From contig CM052816.1 of the NCBI GenBank assembly GCA_028534125.1, positions 56,422,001-56,486,000 on the forward strand: a DNA stretch of 64,000 nucleotides. The letters run 5' to 3'. This DNA is from Lama glama. Taxonomy: Eukaryota. The notes beneath the pieces were generated by a model. The model had not been told where the DNA came from. It saw nothing but the letters and a program-made list of their open reading frames with translations, and made no database searches. Positions 46,210-57,900 of this stretch are shown piece after piece. The first letter of the stretch is position 1, and each line of letters starts with the position of its first letter. The position numbers and the translations under genes are program-made.

Positions 46210-47019
46210 CTCTATAGCTAGTCTTGAAAGATCAGGGATTTCTTGTCAACCACATGCTCAGCAAAATTGGGAGACAGGGATTTGGAGAAAAGCTGAACAA
46301 ATTCCAATCTGATAACATTTCAGATGCATAGTCATGTAATCATAGTTATTCTCACCACTGTGGTCAGTGTTGACTTGATGTAATAAAAGAAATACAGATG
46401 GTGCAAAGATGGTGATGACGTCAGCTTGCCTTTACGTGGAGAACCAGTATTCTTCAATATGGTTCTCTCCAGATTTTAATTTCTGCACTATCCAGAGCAT
46501 ATAAACTCACAGGTGTGTGAATTTATATTCCAAAAATGTGTGTTAATTTATGATTATATCCATCTAAATGCAACTGTATGGTATCAAGAGCTTTCTAACG
46601 TGATAAAATTCCCAAGGGGCCAAGCAGGAAGGTGGGCACTGGGTACCAGGGAGCCGGTAATGCTGGGTGACTCACGTACCACTTGAATGCTTCTTGTTTT
46701 AGCAAGCTTTAGTTACATCTTTTGGCCACCCATACTAGCTAATTATACGCTGAGGTTCGGTTGTAGATTTTCACACGCAGAGGAAGGATGCCCCTTTGTC
46801 CCTCTGTTCTCAGGGGAAGACTGGCAAGCACTTCATAGACAAGCCAGGCAAATGCTGGCACCTTGACCTTTTCTAGACGTGGGAATCCTGCAGACAGGCA
46901 TGTGCTGCTGTGGACCACATGCACACTGGCAGCTCCTTCTGGCTCTTCTGCCCTATCATCCTGGGGAGGTGGCCCTTGGAGCATGGAAGGATGCTTATCG
47001 AGCTCCCTATTTTTCAATC

Positions 47020-47190
47020 AGTTACTATTTCATTTGACTGGGAAGAAACTTCAGTTCTTGGAGTGTCAGTTTGTTTACTGGAGAGATAGGATGTCTGCCA
47101 TGAGAGATGATGATTGTCTTTAAATGAGATAATGCACATGTATCAACTAAGCACAGAACCTGGCACATAGTAGGTGCTCAATAAACAGTA
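47020..47190 (+). mobile_element. MIR SINE 3' half
   Basis: 'taaatgagataatgcacatgta...gcacagaacctggcacatagtaggtgctcaataaa'. Confidence 0.8.
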
Positions 47191-47269
47191 GGTGACCCAG
47201 AAGCTCCAAGGCTATAGTAGGTTGCTGCAAAGGTGATAACACACAAAAGCCCCAAACTCAAGACTCCAG

Positions 47270-47283
47270 CCAGCAGAGGGCTG
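47270..47283 (+). promoter_or_regulatory. Possible CTCF core motif
   Basis: CCAGCAGAGGGC matches the CCASYAGRKGGC core, but the following bases (TG) deviate from the preferred RS. Confidence 0.3.
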
Positions 47284-50200
47284 AATTCCAGCATGTTCTG
47301 AAGAGAGGAGACAGAGCGTCACCTACACAGACGTCACGTGCCTGGTCGCCTCTCTTTTGCTTTACCAAGGAGACAGGGGGGTGAGGCATTAGCAGAATCT
47401 CACTGTAAAACTTCTGCTCGCATAGAGTCCAGCCATCTTCAAGATGGTGAATAAGCTCAGAGGAATTTAATTTACCCTATGAAGGGTGGATAGGACCAGT
47501 TTATTCTGCAGAGAAGACACGCTGTCACCTCCACAGCATCAGTTATGAGGCCATTACTGTCTGAGAGCGGCTCTCTCCTGAGCCCAGGTGGAGCTGCAGG
47601 ACACACAGCTGTGATTCATCTTCCCTTTAGTAATCTTGGCGACTCCCTTGGTGGTGTGTTGCTGTCTCCAGGGAAGGAAGAGGCAGAGAAGAAGGGGACG
47701 GAGGGGAGGGTAATGGAACCCTGGGCTCACTGCTGTGTTTTGTAAAACCATTACCCTTTATTACCCCCATTTCTGCATAATATTTTATACTCAGTTAATT
47801 CCTGAAGACATCACCAGAAACTGATGTGTGCATATTGAATAAGCTTGGGATGTTTTTATGTTGTTATTCGTCTAGATCATATTTTTGCAGACAGCAATAA
47901 CGTTAATTGCTCGTTTGTGACGCAGAATAGCTACCCTGAAACTGTCCTTCGCTACTTGACTCGGTCCATCTCTTCTCATCACCAATGCAGTTGGCCATGG
48001 TGAGCAAGAGCTGAGGGTCCTACTCCAGTGTATTTTCACCTGTTAGGTACAGAGATGTTCACTCATCTTTAAGTTTCAAGTGCTTTAGATAAAACACAGG
48101 GCTGAGAAGAGGTCACTGGAGAGCCTGAAATTGTTGGGACCCCCGGTGTGGAGGTGCTGTGGCCAGATAAAACATGGCGGCGGGCACCAAAGTCCTCAGC
48201 CCTGATTGGTTCAGATGTCAGCCGGCCATTGAACTCCTAACTTGGTTTCGCTGCCTAGTCATGTAGGGTTTTCTATGTTTGATAAAGTCTTAATGAGACA
48301 GCTGTCGACTGCTGATATCAAATCCATACTGTGTGTGCCAAAGGAGCAGAACCTGGGCCAGTTGAGGAGGTCACGTTCTCTCTGGAGGGTCAGAGGTCCT
48401 GGGTGTGTGGACTGACCATCCACTCCCACCCTCTGGGCACAGTCCCTTCCCGTCTTCCTGACGGACCCTGGCAATAGCTGTGGGGAGGACTGAGCTTCAG
48501 ACGTCAAAGCTTGCACAGAGACCACTGACCTCACCGCCAATAGTTCCTCAGTCAGAGAGTTTTGCTCTTTCGTTTCCTGCTTGGCTGCCAAAGGCAAGTT
48601 TTTCTTACAGTTCCTGAAGGATTCATCAGTGCCTGACAAGTTCCAGTCCCTGCACTCGCCCACGTCCCGTTAGTCTTAGTGGGTATCCTTTCCCCCTGTG
48701 TCAGGTGGAGGGAGAAAGCAAGCAGGTTTTCTCTCTGAGATCCCCTCAGTGTTGTTCTGGGTTCCATTAAGGCCCTGGGTTAGATTTCAGAGGAACTGTT
48801 TCATCCTTTGAGCAATTAGTCCCTTTTTAAAATTCAGACATCTTTCAGGCCCTGGCCCACAGTCCCCTCTGAAGTGCTTGTGTCAGGATGGTTTATCAGT
48901 CCTGGATGAGGTTTTGCCAGCTGCTTGGGCCAGCAGAGAGAGAAAACACTTCGGCATGTGGTTCAGATGCGTGCGTTTTTATCGAAGTAAAATCTTCGTG
49001 AAAAGACCTCAGAATATAAAAGCCAATCAATGTACATGATGTCAGAATGTTTACTATTCCTCTCCTGGGGACATTTTCTTGGCACCCGGTCTGATCTTCT
49101 AGGTGTGTCTAATTATTCTAAAGGTACAGCTGTGTGAATTTGATTTGCCTACAGAAAAAAAAAAACCATGTCTTCCAATGTCAGGGAACAATCTTAAACT
49201 TCCCTCTTAGTCCTCACCTCTGAATTTCTACAAGGCCTCTGCTTTAAACTCTTTTGGCGGCTAAGTAGAAAGCACCATTTTCCCATCAGCCTCAGAGACT
49301 GTCGGGAAAGTCATTTTGGTATCTTTGAACTTGTCCTGAAGAACAAGGACCATACAGAACGGGCCTCATCACTTGGACTTTTAAGTACGTTCAGAGCTTA
49401 GAGCTAAAAGGGAGAAAAAAAAGAGAAGAAAAGAAATCTTTTCTCACTGTTTCCTTTGTGGATGCTTGTGTGGCCCTTTCCTGTAGGCTTTTGTGGGGGT
49501 GTTGCAGCAGGAGACAGTTTTGCCTCAGACAGCAATTCTATGGAGACACAACAGACTCATTTTCCTGGAGTTGAAATAAGTGTTTCAGCACTGATGTGCA
49601 AGGCGCCCTCTGAGCCTGATCTCAGGGAAGCAGGAAGCTACTATTTTTAGTTTGGAAAAATATCAACATGAGATGAAGAGACTCGGATTGTGGCCAAGAC
49701 TCTACTGTTCCTTCAAATTACCCAAGGTCAGCAATGTCAGACACTCACTAGGCCATGGGCAGAGCCATCCGGGCAATGTTCTGACGTGGTCAGTGCTCAA
49801 GTGATGCAGTGATGCTGCCAACATCCAGCTTGGGTAGACCCTTTTATGAAGACCCTTCCTCCTGAGAATTCCATTCTTGAATTAGTAGACTACGTTCTCT
49901 CCCCTTCCCTCCTCATCCCTTGTGGAAAGCGGTCAAGGTTTATGAGGCCAGGGAACTCTGCTCCAAGCTTTGGAACTTTCCCCACAGCTGCCTGGCCCAG
50001 TCCTATTGCTTCTAGCGAAGGCCTCTCTTCTGGCTTTGGAGATGGCCCCTGACACTGCTGAAAGTGACTCAGCCACCAGTCTCCCCTTACCGGCCCAATC
50101 GAACGGCTGGTAGAGCACTTACAAAGTAAATAGCCTGCTCTCAGCCATCAGCACACACACAAGGAAGCAACGGCACAAGGCGAAAGATACACTCAACACC

Positions 50201-50334
50201 CCAGACTCTTGCTCTTGAACTGCTGCTTTCTGTTGGCAGGGCCGAGCCATCTTTTCTAATACTTTCCACTAGGTATGATTACCATTTTTGCAGTTGTCAA
50301 GAGTCAAAGAAGGGCCTTATAAAGGTTTATCTCA

Positions 50335-50835
50335 GGGGTCTTGTGTTAGTTATGAGTAACAGAAAACTGAAAAAGCCCGAAGCAGGAAAGAGCATTCATC
50401 AGTGAGAGGCAGTCAGGGCATGAGGAATGCCAGACTTTGGGGCTCAGCTGATGTAATCACGACTACTGTAGTTGTCATCATATGTTGACTCAGTCTTTCT
50501 TTCTGGTAGCTTTACAGCTCTCAGTTCCATGTAGAAGCATGAAGTTAGCTTCCAGCAGGGCGAGCAGTAAGAGTGACTATCTCCGTGACAAACACCTCGG
50601 CAAACATCTCAAGGTATCTCATTGGTCCTGACAGGGTCACATGCCCTCCCTAAGCCGATTAGTGATGAATGCAATGATCTGCTTGGGTGGCCCGACTCAC
50701 CTGTCACACGAGCTTGGGGTAGAATCGTCTCCCCTAGAGCCCCACAGACTGAAATCAGGAGATGAATGAATTTCCAGATGAAAATGGGGACTGTTTCGAC
50801 ACAAAGAGGAAGTGGAAACTGAGTGTGACTGAGAG
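50335..50835 (-). mobile_element. Old MaLR LTR (MLT1J/K/L-like)
   Basis: 'agtaacagaaaac...ctcattggtcctgacagggtcacatgccctccctaagcc...tttccagatgaaaatggggactgtt'. Confidence 0.55.
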
Positions 50836-51014
50836 CACGCACATCCATTATAGGCACAGATACATCTAAGCAGCCATGTCTTCTTAATGGTGCCAACTTC
50901 ATGGCAGAAACCAGACTAAGTCTGGGTGACAGGGAGAGGAGATGTAGGTAGGTACAAAGGAGACTAGAGCAGAGCCTTTGCCATTGAGGAACTCAATGCC
51001 TTAAGTTTTGCTTA

Positions 51015-51215
51015 GGCCAGAGGTGGCACATCCATGGTTCAGAGGCCAACGTATCTTGTGTCCATGGCAGACATCAAGACATGGTTAATGGGCACTTCCT
51101 GTTGAGCCTGGAGGTGGCTTTAGGACTCTTCACTTCGCTGTGATGCAGGCAACCACTACAAATCAACAGATACCCACAAATGAGAAGATATTTCATTTTC
51201 AACTTGTCTTAGATT
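51015..51215. mobile_element. hAT-type MER DNA transposon relic
   Basis: 'ccagaggtggca...ccatggcagacatca...caggcaaccactacaaatcaacag' resembles a recalled ancient hAT MITE; family not determined. Confidence 0.4.
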
Positions 51216-51584
51216 GGTATTTGGTGAGTTGAATAAACGAACCATCGTTTTGAGTGTGATTGGGAATAGTGAGTTGGCTGTAAGCTGGAGGTAAAAGACA
51301 GCTGGTTAGCAATTGACCACCAGTCACTAGTTGTCTGGAAAGCCCTGAAGCTCTGAGAAGATAGTAGCTAGCTGACTGTATTTCATGGTTTGTGGACCTC
51401 TAGCTTCTTTCAAATCAGTTTGTCACAGCTTGTTGATACAAAAGACATTTTGATGAAAGAAAACAATTTTAAATTGTTTTTACCAAAAAAAATGGGTAAA
51501 TTGCAATATATCCCTGCAAGATGACGGATGGCATAAAGATTAGGAAAGAGGTGAGGATATCTCTGGCATGTATTACAATTTATA

Positions 51585-53250
51585 GTTTGTGATTTTTGAA
51601 AAGCTGAGGTATAATTTATATTTGATGAAATTCACCAGTTTAAAAAGGATACAATTTCATGAGTTTTGAAGCATATACACCTCACCACATTAAGATACAG
51701 AAAATATTTCCATCTTCCCAGAAAGGATCCTCATGTCCCTTTGCAGTCAGTCCCTGTCCACCACTCCTAGTCCCTTTCAACCACTGCCCTGCCTTTTTTT
51801 TTTTTTAAATTGAAGCATAGTTGATTAACAATGTTGTGTTAGTTTCAGGTGTACAGCAAGTTGATTCAGTTATAGATAGATACATATCTATTCTTTTCCA
51901 TGATAGGTTATTGAAAGATATTGAATATAGTTCCCTGTATTAAACAGTAGGTCTTTGTTGTTTACCTATTTTATACATAGTAGTGTTTATATGTTAATCC
52001 CAAACTCTTAATTTATCCCTCCTTCCCCCTTTCCCATTTGGTAACCATAAGTTTGTTTTTTATGTCTGTGAGTCTATCTCTGTTTTGTAAATAAGTTCAT
52101 TTTTTTTAGATTCCACAAATAAATGATATCATGTGATCTTTATCTTCCTGTCTGGCTTTCTTCACTTAGCATGATCATCTCTAGGTCCACCCATGTTGCT
52201 GCAAATATCATTGTCCTGCTTTCTATCACTATATTTCTGCCTTTTCTACAATTCCACATGAGTGGCATCAAGTGATATGTAGACTTTATCTCTGGCTTTT
52301 TTCTTTAGCATGATTCTTTTGAGATTCAGCCGTGTTGTCGCCTGTGTCGGTAGTCCATTCTTTTTTATTCTTGAGCAGTATTCCATCATACCGCAATTTG
52401 TTTACTATTCACTGTTGAATGGTTTCTACTTCTGGGCTGCTATGAATAGTTCTGCTATGAACACTCATGTACAAGTTTTTGCACAGACATGTGTGTTCAC
52501 TTCATGTGAATAAATATGCAGGAGTAAGAATTTCAGTTTGTATAGTAAGTGTATGTTTAACTTTTGATGAAATTGTCAATCTGTTCTCCAAAGTGGCTGA
52601 ACCATTTTGCACTCCCAATAGCAAAATATGAGAGTTCCAGCTCTCCATTCTAATCAATACCTTATATGGTTACTCTTCCTTATTTTAGCCATCCTAGGGG
52701 ACGTGAAGTGGTTTCTCCCTGCAATTTCAATTTTCACCTCCCTAAAGAGTGTTATGTTGAACATCTTTTCAGGTGTTCTGAGGCTATTTGTACATCTTCT
52801 TTGGTGCAGTGTCTTTTAAATCTTTTGCCTGTTTATTTTTGCCAGATGTAGGTCTTAATATTATATAGTAAGCATTCTTTGCATATTATTGATGTCCTCT
52901 AGCAGACATATGTTTTGCAATTATTTTTCCCAGTCTGTAGCTTGCTTTTTCATTTTCTTAACAGTGTCTTTTGAGGAGCAGAAATGTTAAATTTTGATGA
53001 AGTTCAATTTGTCAAATTTTTTTAATGGTTTGTTATTTTTGTCTGTCTAAGAATCTGCTTTCTTCAAGGTCACGTTTTCTCTCATGTTTTCTTGAAGAAT
53101 TTTATATTGTTTTAGCTCATATTTAGGATTCACTTGGGGGTAATTATTTTATATTGTAAGATCAAGGTTGAGGTTCATTTATTTGCACATGCATTCCTTC
53201 CAGCACCATTGGCTGAAGACTATCTTTGAATTACTTTGACGTACTTGATA
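51585..53250 (-). mobile_element. Old L1 (L1MB/MC-type) 3' region, interrupted by a younger L1
   Basis: 'agctgaggtataatttata...cacctcaccacattaagatacag...gagattcagccgtgttg...ttctccaaagtggctgaaccattttgcactccca...ttgatgaagttcaatttgtc...ccagcaccatt'. Confidence 0.85.
51796..52208 (-). mobile_element. Cetartiodactyl/camelid-type L1 3' end nested in the older L1
   Basis: Poly-T then 'aaattgaagcatagttgattaacaatgttgtgttagtttcaggtgtacagca...ccatgttgctgcaaat'; degenerate TSD at 51782-51795 / 52209-52222. Confidence 0.9.
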
Positions 53251-53329
53251 TGTTTAAGAGGTGAAAGTTGTCTTTTCCCCCTAGTTATGCCAAAATGTCT
53301 CCTTCAAAAGGATGGGACAACCTTCTGTG

Positions 53330-53740
53330 TACCATTTTTAAAAGTTAGAAAATTATTGGAAAGGGATTGAAAGATACACGGATGATTACTACAACATTGT
53401 TTATAATAGTAATAACTGGAAACAATCTGTATTCCAATAGGAAGCAAGTTAAATTGTGGCATATTCATGCAGTATAATATTGCAGCCCCTAAGAATCTTA
53501 GTGTTGATCTACATATATAGGGAAAGATATTCACCCTAAGCTTTAAGGGAACACATGTAACTCACAAACAGTGTCTGATATTCCATTTTTGCAAAAATTA
53601 AAGCACCAATAAAAATTATAATCACTGATGTATGCAGAGAAAAGAAGGCTAAAAAGTTGTATACAGTTTTTATTTGGGTGCTGGGATTCTGGACAATTTA
53701 TTCCTTTTTACATTTCTCTTACAAAGAGTATGGATTACCT
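53330..53740 (+). mobile_element. Old L1ME 3' fragment
   Basis: 'aacattgtttataatag...tggaaacaatct...ttaaattgtggcatattcatgcagtataatattgcagc'. Confidence 0.6.
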
Positions 53741-54423
53741 TTAAAATCAGGGGAAAACATTCCTTTACAAAAAAGAGACATGTATTCTTAGTGTCAGTGT
53801 TTAAGGATTCCCTATGTATGTGTCTTAACATGTCACTGTGTGATAGTCTCACCTTAGATGGTTTTTAGGTGGTGTGAACTTTCTGGAAAGTCAGATTCCA
53901 GCTGAAATCTGGTTTGCTCAAGCTAGAGAGACCCACAAAAGGCTTACTGAAGAGAACAAGGCGTTTGGAGCTTCATTTCCATTAAAATGCAAATTAGAAG
54001 TAAGGTTATCCATATGGTGATGCATCTGATTTTCCCCCATGCGCCTTCTAACCCAAATATGAGATGATTTCTGTTTCTAAATTCTCTAATGATGTAATTC
54101 TTCATGATTATAAGTATAATGTAATATGCTCAATTTTTCTATCAATAGCACAGATAGATGTATCTGATCACTCATGTGGCCATATGGTGTGATGGGACAT
54201 GAATCTACTTTTCAAAGTTTTATTTTCCCAGAATATATTCTGCCTTCAGCTCTATGCACGTCATCACTCTGCTTTTTAGAGGGTGGCTCTCAGAACTTTG
54301 ACTAAAGCCAGAGCAGAGCTAGACTGGAACGTTCCACGAAGACAAGGATCTGCAGCCCCCCAAAAATGCCTGTGGAGAAACTGGATTGAGAAGGACATGG
54401 CACCCATTTAAGTACCAGGATCA

Positions 54424-54446
54424 TGTTTACCCTTTGATGATCAAAG
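54424..54446. promoter_or_regulatory. Forkhead site plus inverted pair of TCF/LEF sites
   Basis: TGTTTAC (54424-54430) followed by the perfect inverted repeat CTTTGAT-G-ATCAAAG (54432-54446). Confidence 0.4.
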
Positions 54447-55129
54447 AGAAGATGTTTTCACTTCAGGGGTCCTGACCTGCATCTTTTATGATGTGAAAAT
54501 AGTTAGAATCCTCAGCATTGTCTTATTTACCACATAACAAGCTTTGCTACTCCCAGTTTTTGATGTGAGGAAATACACTGGGTAGTCAAAGCATCAGAGT
54601 CTGGACTCACCCCAGGTCTTTGGTTCAAAGTCCTGTGCACACATTGACCTCCCTGCCTCCTCCCTGCTCGTCCTCAGCCCCACGTCTCCTCATCTCCCAC
54701 CCCAGCCTCCCTCCAAGAAAACAGCCGAGAAGCCTCTTACGGAGTAGAGCAGAACCTGTCTGTGGGCCAGCAGAATGTGAATAAAACATTTTAGGCCATA
54801 GTGGTTAGTTTATTATTCTTCATAAAAAGTGTAGAAAGACCGCAGAACTAAGGGGGGTGAATCTGGTCACTGTGTAACTCCAGGCACATCAGAAAAACAC
54901 TTAAAGTACTAAGCACTTAACTAATTTAATGAGTATTTATTGCCTACTTATCCTATATCAGGCACATGATAAAACATCACAGTATCATTTATGCTTAGTG
55001 TGACATAGAAATTTGGTGGTGGTGGAAAACTAACTGGCATAAACACATATTAAGTTATTTGATGACAAGAAACTTTCATATGTAGATAAGAAAGCTTAAA
55101 ATCATTACATATAAAAATACAAGTAAAAT

Positions 55130-55285
55130 AAGTGATATATTTATATGGTGCTTTATAATTTTCAAATGATGTATTTACCTGGTTGGATTTACACAATGCC
55201 TAGGATAAGAAAAGCAGGTGTTACCCCATTTTCCAGACAAGGAAACTGAGACCCAGAGGGTTAAAGGACTGTCTCTGTCTAGTAA
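55130..55285 (-). mobile_element. MIR SINE
   Basis: 'ttaccccattttccagacaaggaaactgagacccagagggttaaaggact'. Confidence 0.7.
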
Positions 55286-56239
55286 CTATGTGATCTTACG
55301 TTTTCTGAGTCTTAGGTGTTCCTGCAATTTATTTTAAGGTTTTGTTTAGACAAGCTTATTTTCCTGTTTTTAAGAGAGGTAGAACTGTATCTGTTGCCAA
55401 AATAGATAACCAAATTGATAACTAGCTTGGTGGAACATCCCTTTCCTAGAGTGGCTGCAGCAAGCTCGAACACATAGTGTTTGAGGGGTTACCTTGTGAT
55501 TACCCCTGACTGGTGATTTGGGGGAGAGGCAGTCACTGGCACAGCACGTGGGAAATGCATTCTTGCTTCATTTAAAAGCCATAGAAAATAACCCAAGGAA
55601 TTGTATCCGATATGACCCCATGTAAATGAGCAGAAGGAGAACCCAGGCGCATGAGCCCCAGTCGAGGATGCCTTTGGGAGGCATCAGGGTGCTGTAACGC
55701 ATTGAGCCCCAACAGCGACTGCCAGGAGTGACCTATCAGAACAGATTCCACAGTGCACATCACTGACCTCACTCCATGGCACTTGTGTTCTGTCCTGGAT
55801 GTCACAGTGAAGGGAGAAAAGCCAGGGTGTGGGGATCACTTGGGGACTAGAAAATTCAGCTACAGCGCACCAGGAGCAAGGGCTTCCAATGAGTGTGAGA
55901 ACAGGTCTCCAGGAGGCATTCACAGAGATGGAAATTGTCCCCAGAGAGATGTGAAGGCCAAGATATGGTGGCTGGGCATTACTGTTGTCACAACTGGACC
56001 CTCTGCCTCCGGCTGCCATTTTCTTAAAAAAAGTATTTTTTTGTTACTTGCCTCCTCTCTAGTGCTTAGAGCCCAGCGTATATTATAGACCAGTGAGTGA
56101 TTCACTTGGGCTAGTTGAACGAACAACCCAATTTACTAGAGTGAACTCGGCACTAGCAGGTCTTTTGTAAGAATGGTTTATTTAGGGTATCTTAGGCCTG
56201 TTTGTCTCCATGACCTCCCTACTGACATTCTTTATTTGC

Positions 56240-57900
56240 TCCTCAGTCAGCACCGTGGAGGAGGTGCACGCAGGTGCTGTGCTGGGCAGCATGGGGAGGA
56301 AAGGTGAATGAGAGCCAGTTGTGTGTCGCTGAGCAGGGTCACTGTGGGGGCGGGAGAGATGAGAGGACAAGCACATGACACAGGCCCTCGTGGTGACATT
56401 TGTCAGGGGCTGAGCCCAAGGTGAAGAATATTTCTATGGAGAATAAGGCAAGAAAGGCTTAGTGGTATGGAATTTGAGCTGAAATTTCAAGCATGGAAAA
56501 AAACAAGACAGTCTGAGGGATGGGGAGGCATTTTAGCTCAGGGAGTGGTTAGAAAGGGGGGAGTCTTTTTAAGGAACAGTAAGTGTTCCTGGTTGACTAG
56601 AGCAAAGGTCTAAGGAAGGAAAAGGCAAGACACAAGGATGATTGGTAAGTGGGAGCCAAATTATTGATGGTTTTAGGGATCCAGGCTGAAGATCCTTTAT
56701 CAGGAAGAGGGAATTAATGAAGGACTTTTTGCTGAAGGCAGAGGTGAACAAGCCTGCCTTTAGGATGATTGACCCAGCTGGCATATTGGATGGACGGAAA
56801 TGCAGAAACACTGTGGTGAGACAGACCAAGTACACGGGAGGCTATTGCAAGGGACCAGTTGAATGATCATGTTGGCCTCAGTGAAGAAAGGTGATACATA
56901 GGTTCTGAGCTGCTCAGAGATTAAAGTCAGCAGGCCTTGGAGACTGGTTAGGTGTGGGTGCCCAGGCAGAAGGAAGAGTTGTTGGGTGAGTGGGTGAGTC
57001 AAGTGCATGGGCAGAGGTCAGGAGAGAACATGAAAAGAAAAGCTGGCCCTGGGGGTCACGGTGTAGTGAAACAGTAATAGTTTCCATGGCTGAGCCCCCT
57101 GTAAGCTGGGAACACCAACGCTGTGAGAGAATGACTGACTTTTACTATTGTTGGTGCTATTGTTATCATTTGCTTTTATTTTATAGAAGAGAAGGCTGAA
57201 GTCTGAAAAGGTTGGGTGAGTTTCTGAGGTCTGATGGCTCAGAAGTAGCAGAACCAGAATATAAAATTCAAGTCTGTCTGAATGGAAAGGTTTGTGTCTC
57301 GGGCACCTCGCTCACTGCCCTGTCTCCGGGGAAAGCAAGGAGAAGAAACAGAGAAGGGAGGCGGAGGCAGAATCAATATTTGGAGGTGGAGGGAAGGCAG
57401 CGGAGGAAGAGCAGGCAGGGGGACGGTGAAAGGATGGTCAGAGGATGGCAAGACCAGGAAGAGGTGGTGAGCTGGGAGCCAAAGGTAGCTGCCAGGGTGT
57501 AGCCAAGAAGGCCAAACACGGCAGCAAGCGGAGAGGTAAAAATACGCCGGTGGGCTGCTGGCACCCTTTGTGGGAGCTGGTTTTCTGGAAGGTTGGAGGC
57601 AGATGACAGATGGTGTGTGTTGAGGAGAAACTGGGAAGTGGGAAGAGGAGGTGGCAAACCTCGTCATCACTGGAAGGAGCAGGAGGGAGCGGGCTTTGGT
57701 GGAGGGGGAAGCAGAATCCAAGGAAATTTATTTTTAGAATGGGCCAGAAGGACTTTAAACTGTTGGTAGGTAGAGAGGGGAGTCACAACTTCCGAAGGCA
57801 GGAAAGAGGAAGCCATCAGATGAGACGTGGGGGAGGCAGGCTGGGATCTTGGGTAGAAAATAGCTCTAAAAAGGAACAGGGACTCCTCCTCCGAGACAGG
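56240..57900 (-). mobile_element. LINE-2 fragments (with a MIR at ~57170-57290)
   Basis: Purine-rich antisense L2 motifs 'atttgagctgaaatt...gactagagcaaagg...cctttaggatgattgacccagctgg...gggaggctattgcaagggaccag...gtgagctgggagccaaagg'. Confidence 0.6.

Noticed and set aside
56089..56155. Imperfect hairpin (gagtgattcact...ttggg...cccaa...agtgaactc) considered as a pre-miRNA
   Set aside because: Large bulges and short stems; no match to any mature miRNA I recall. RNAfold and a miRBase search would be needed to revive it.
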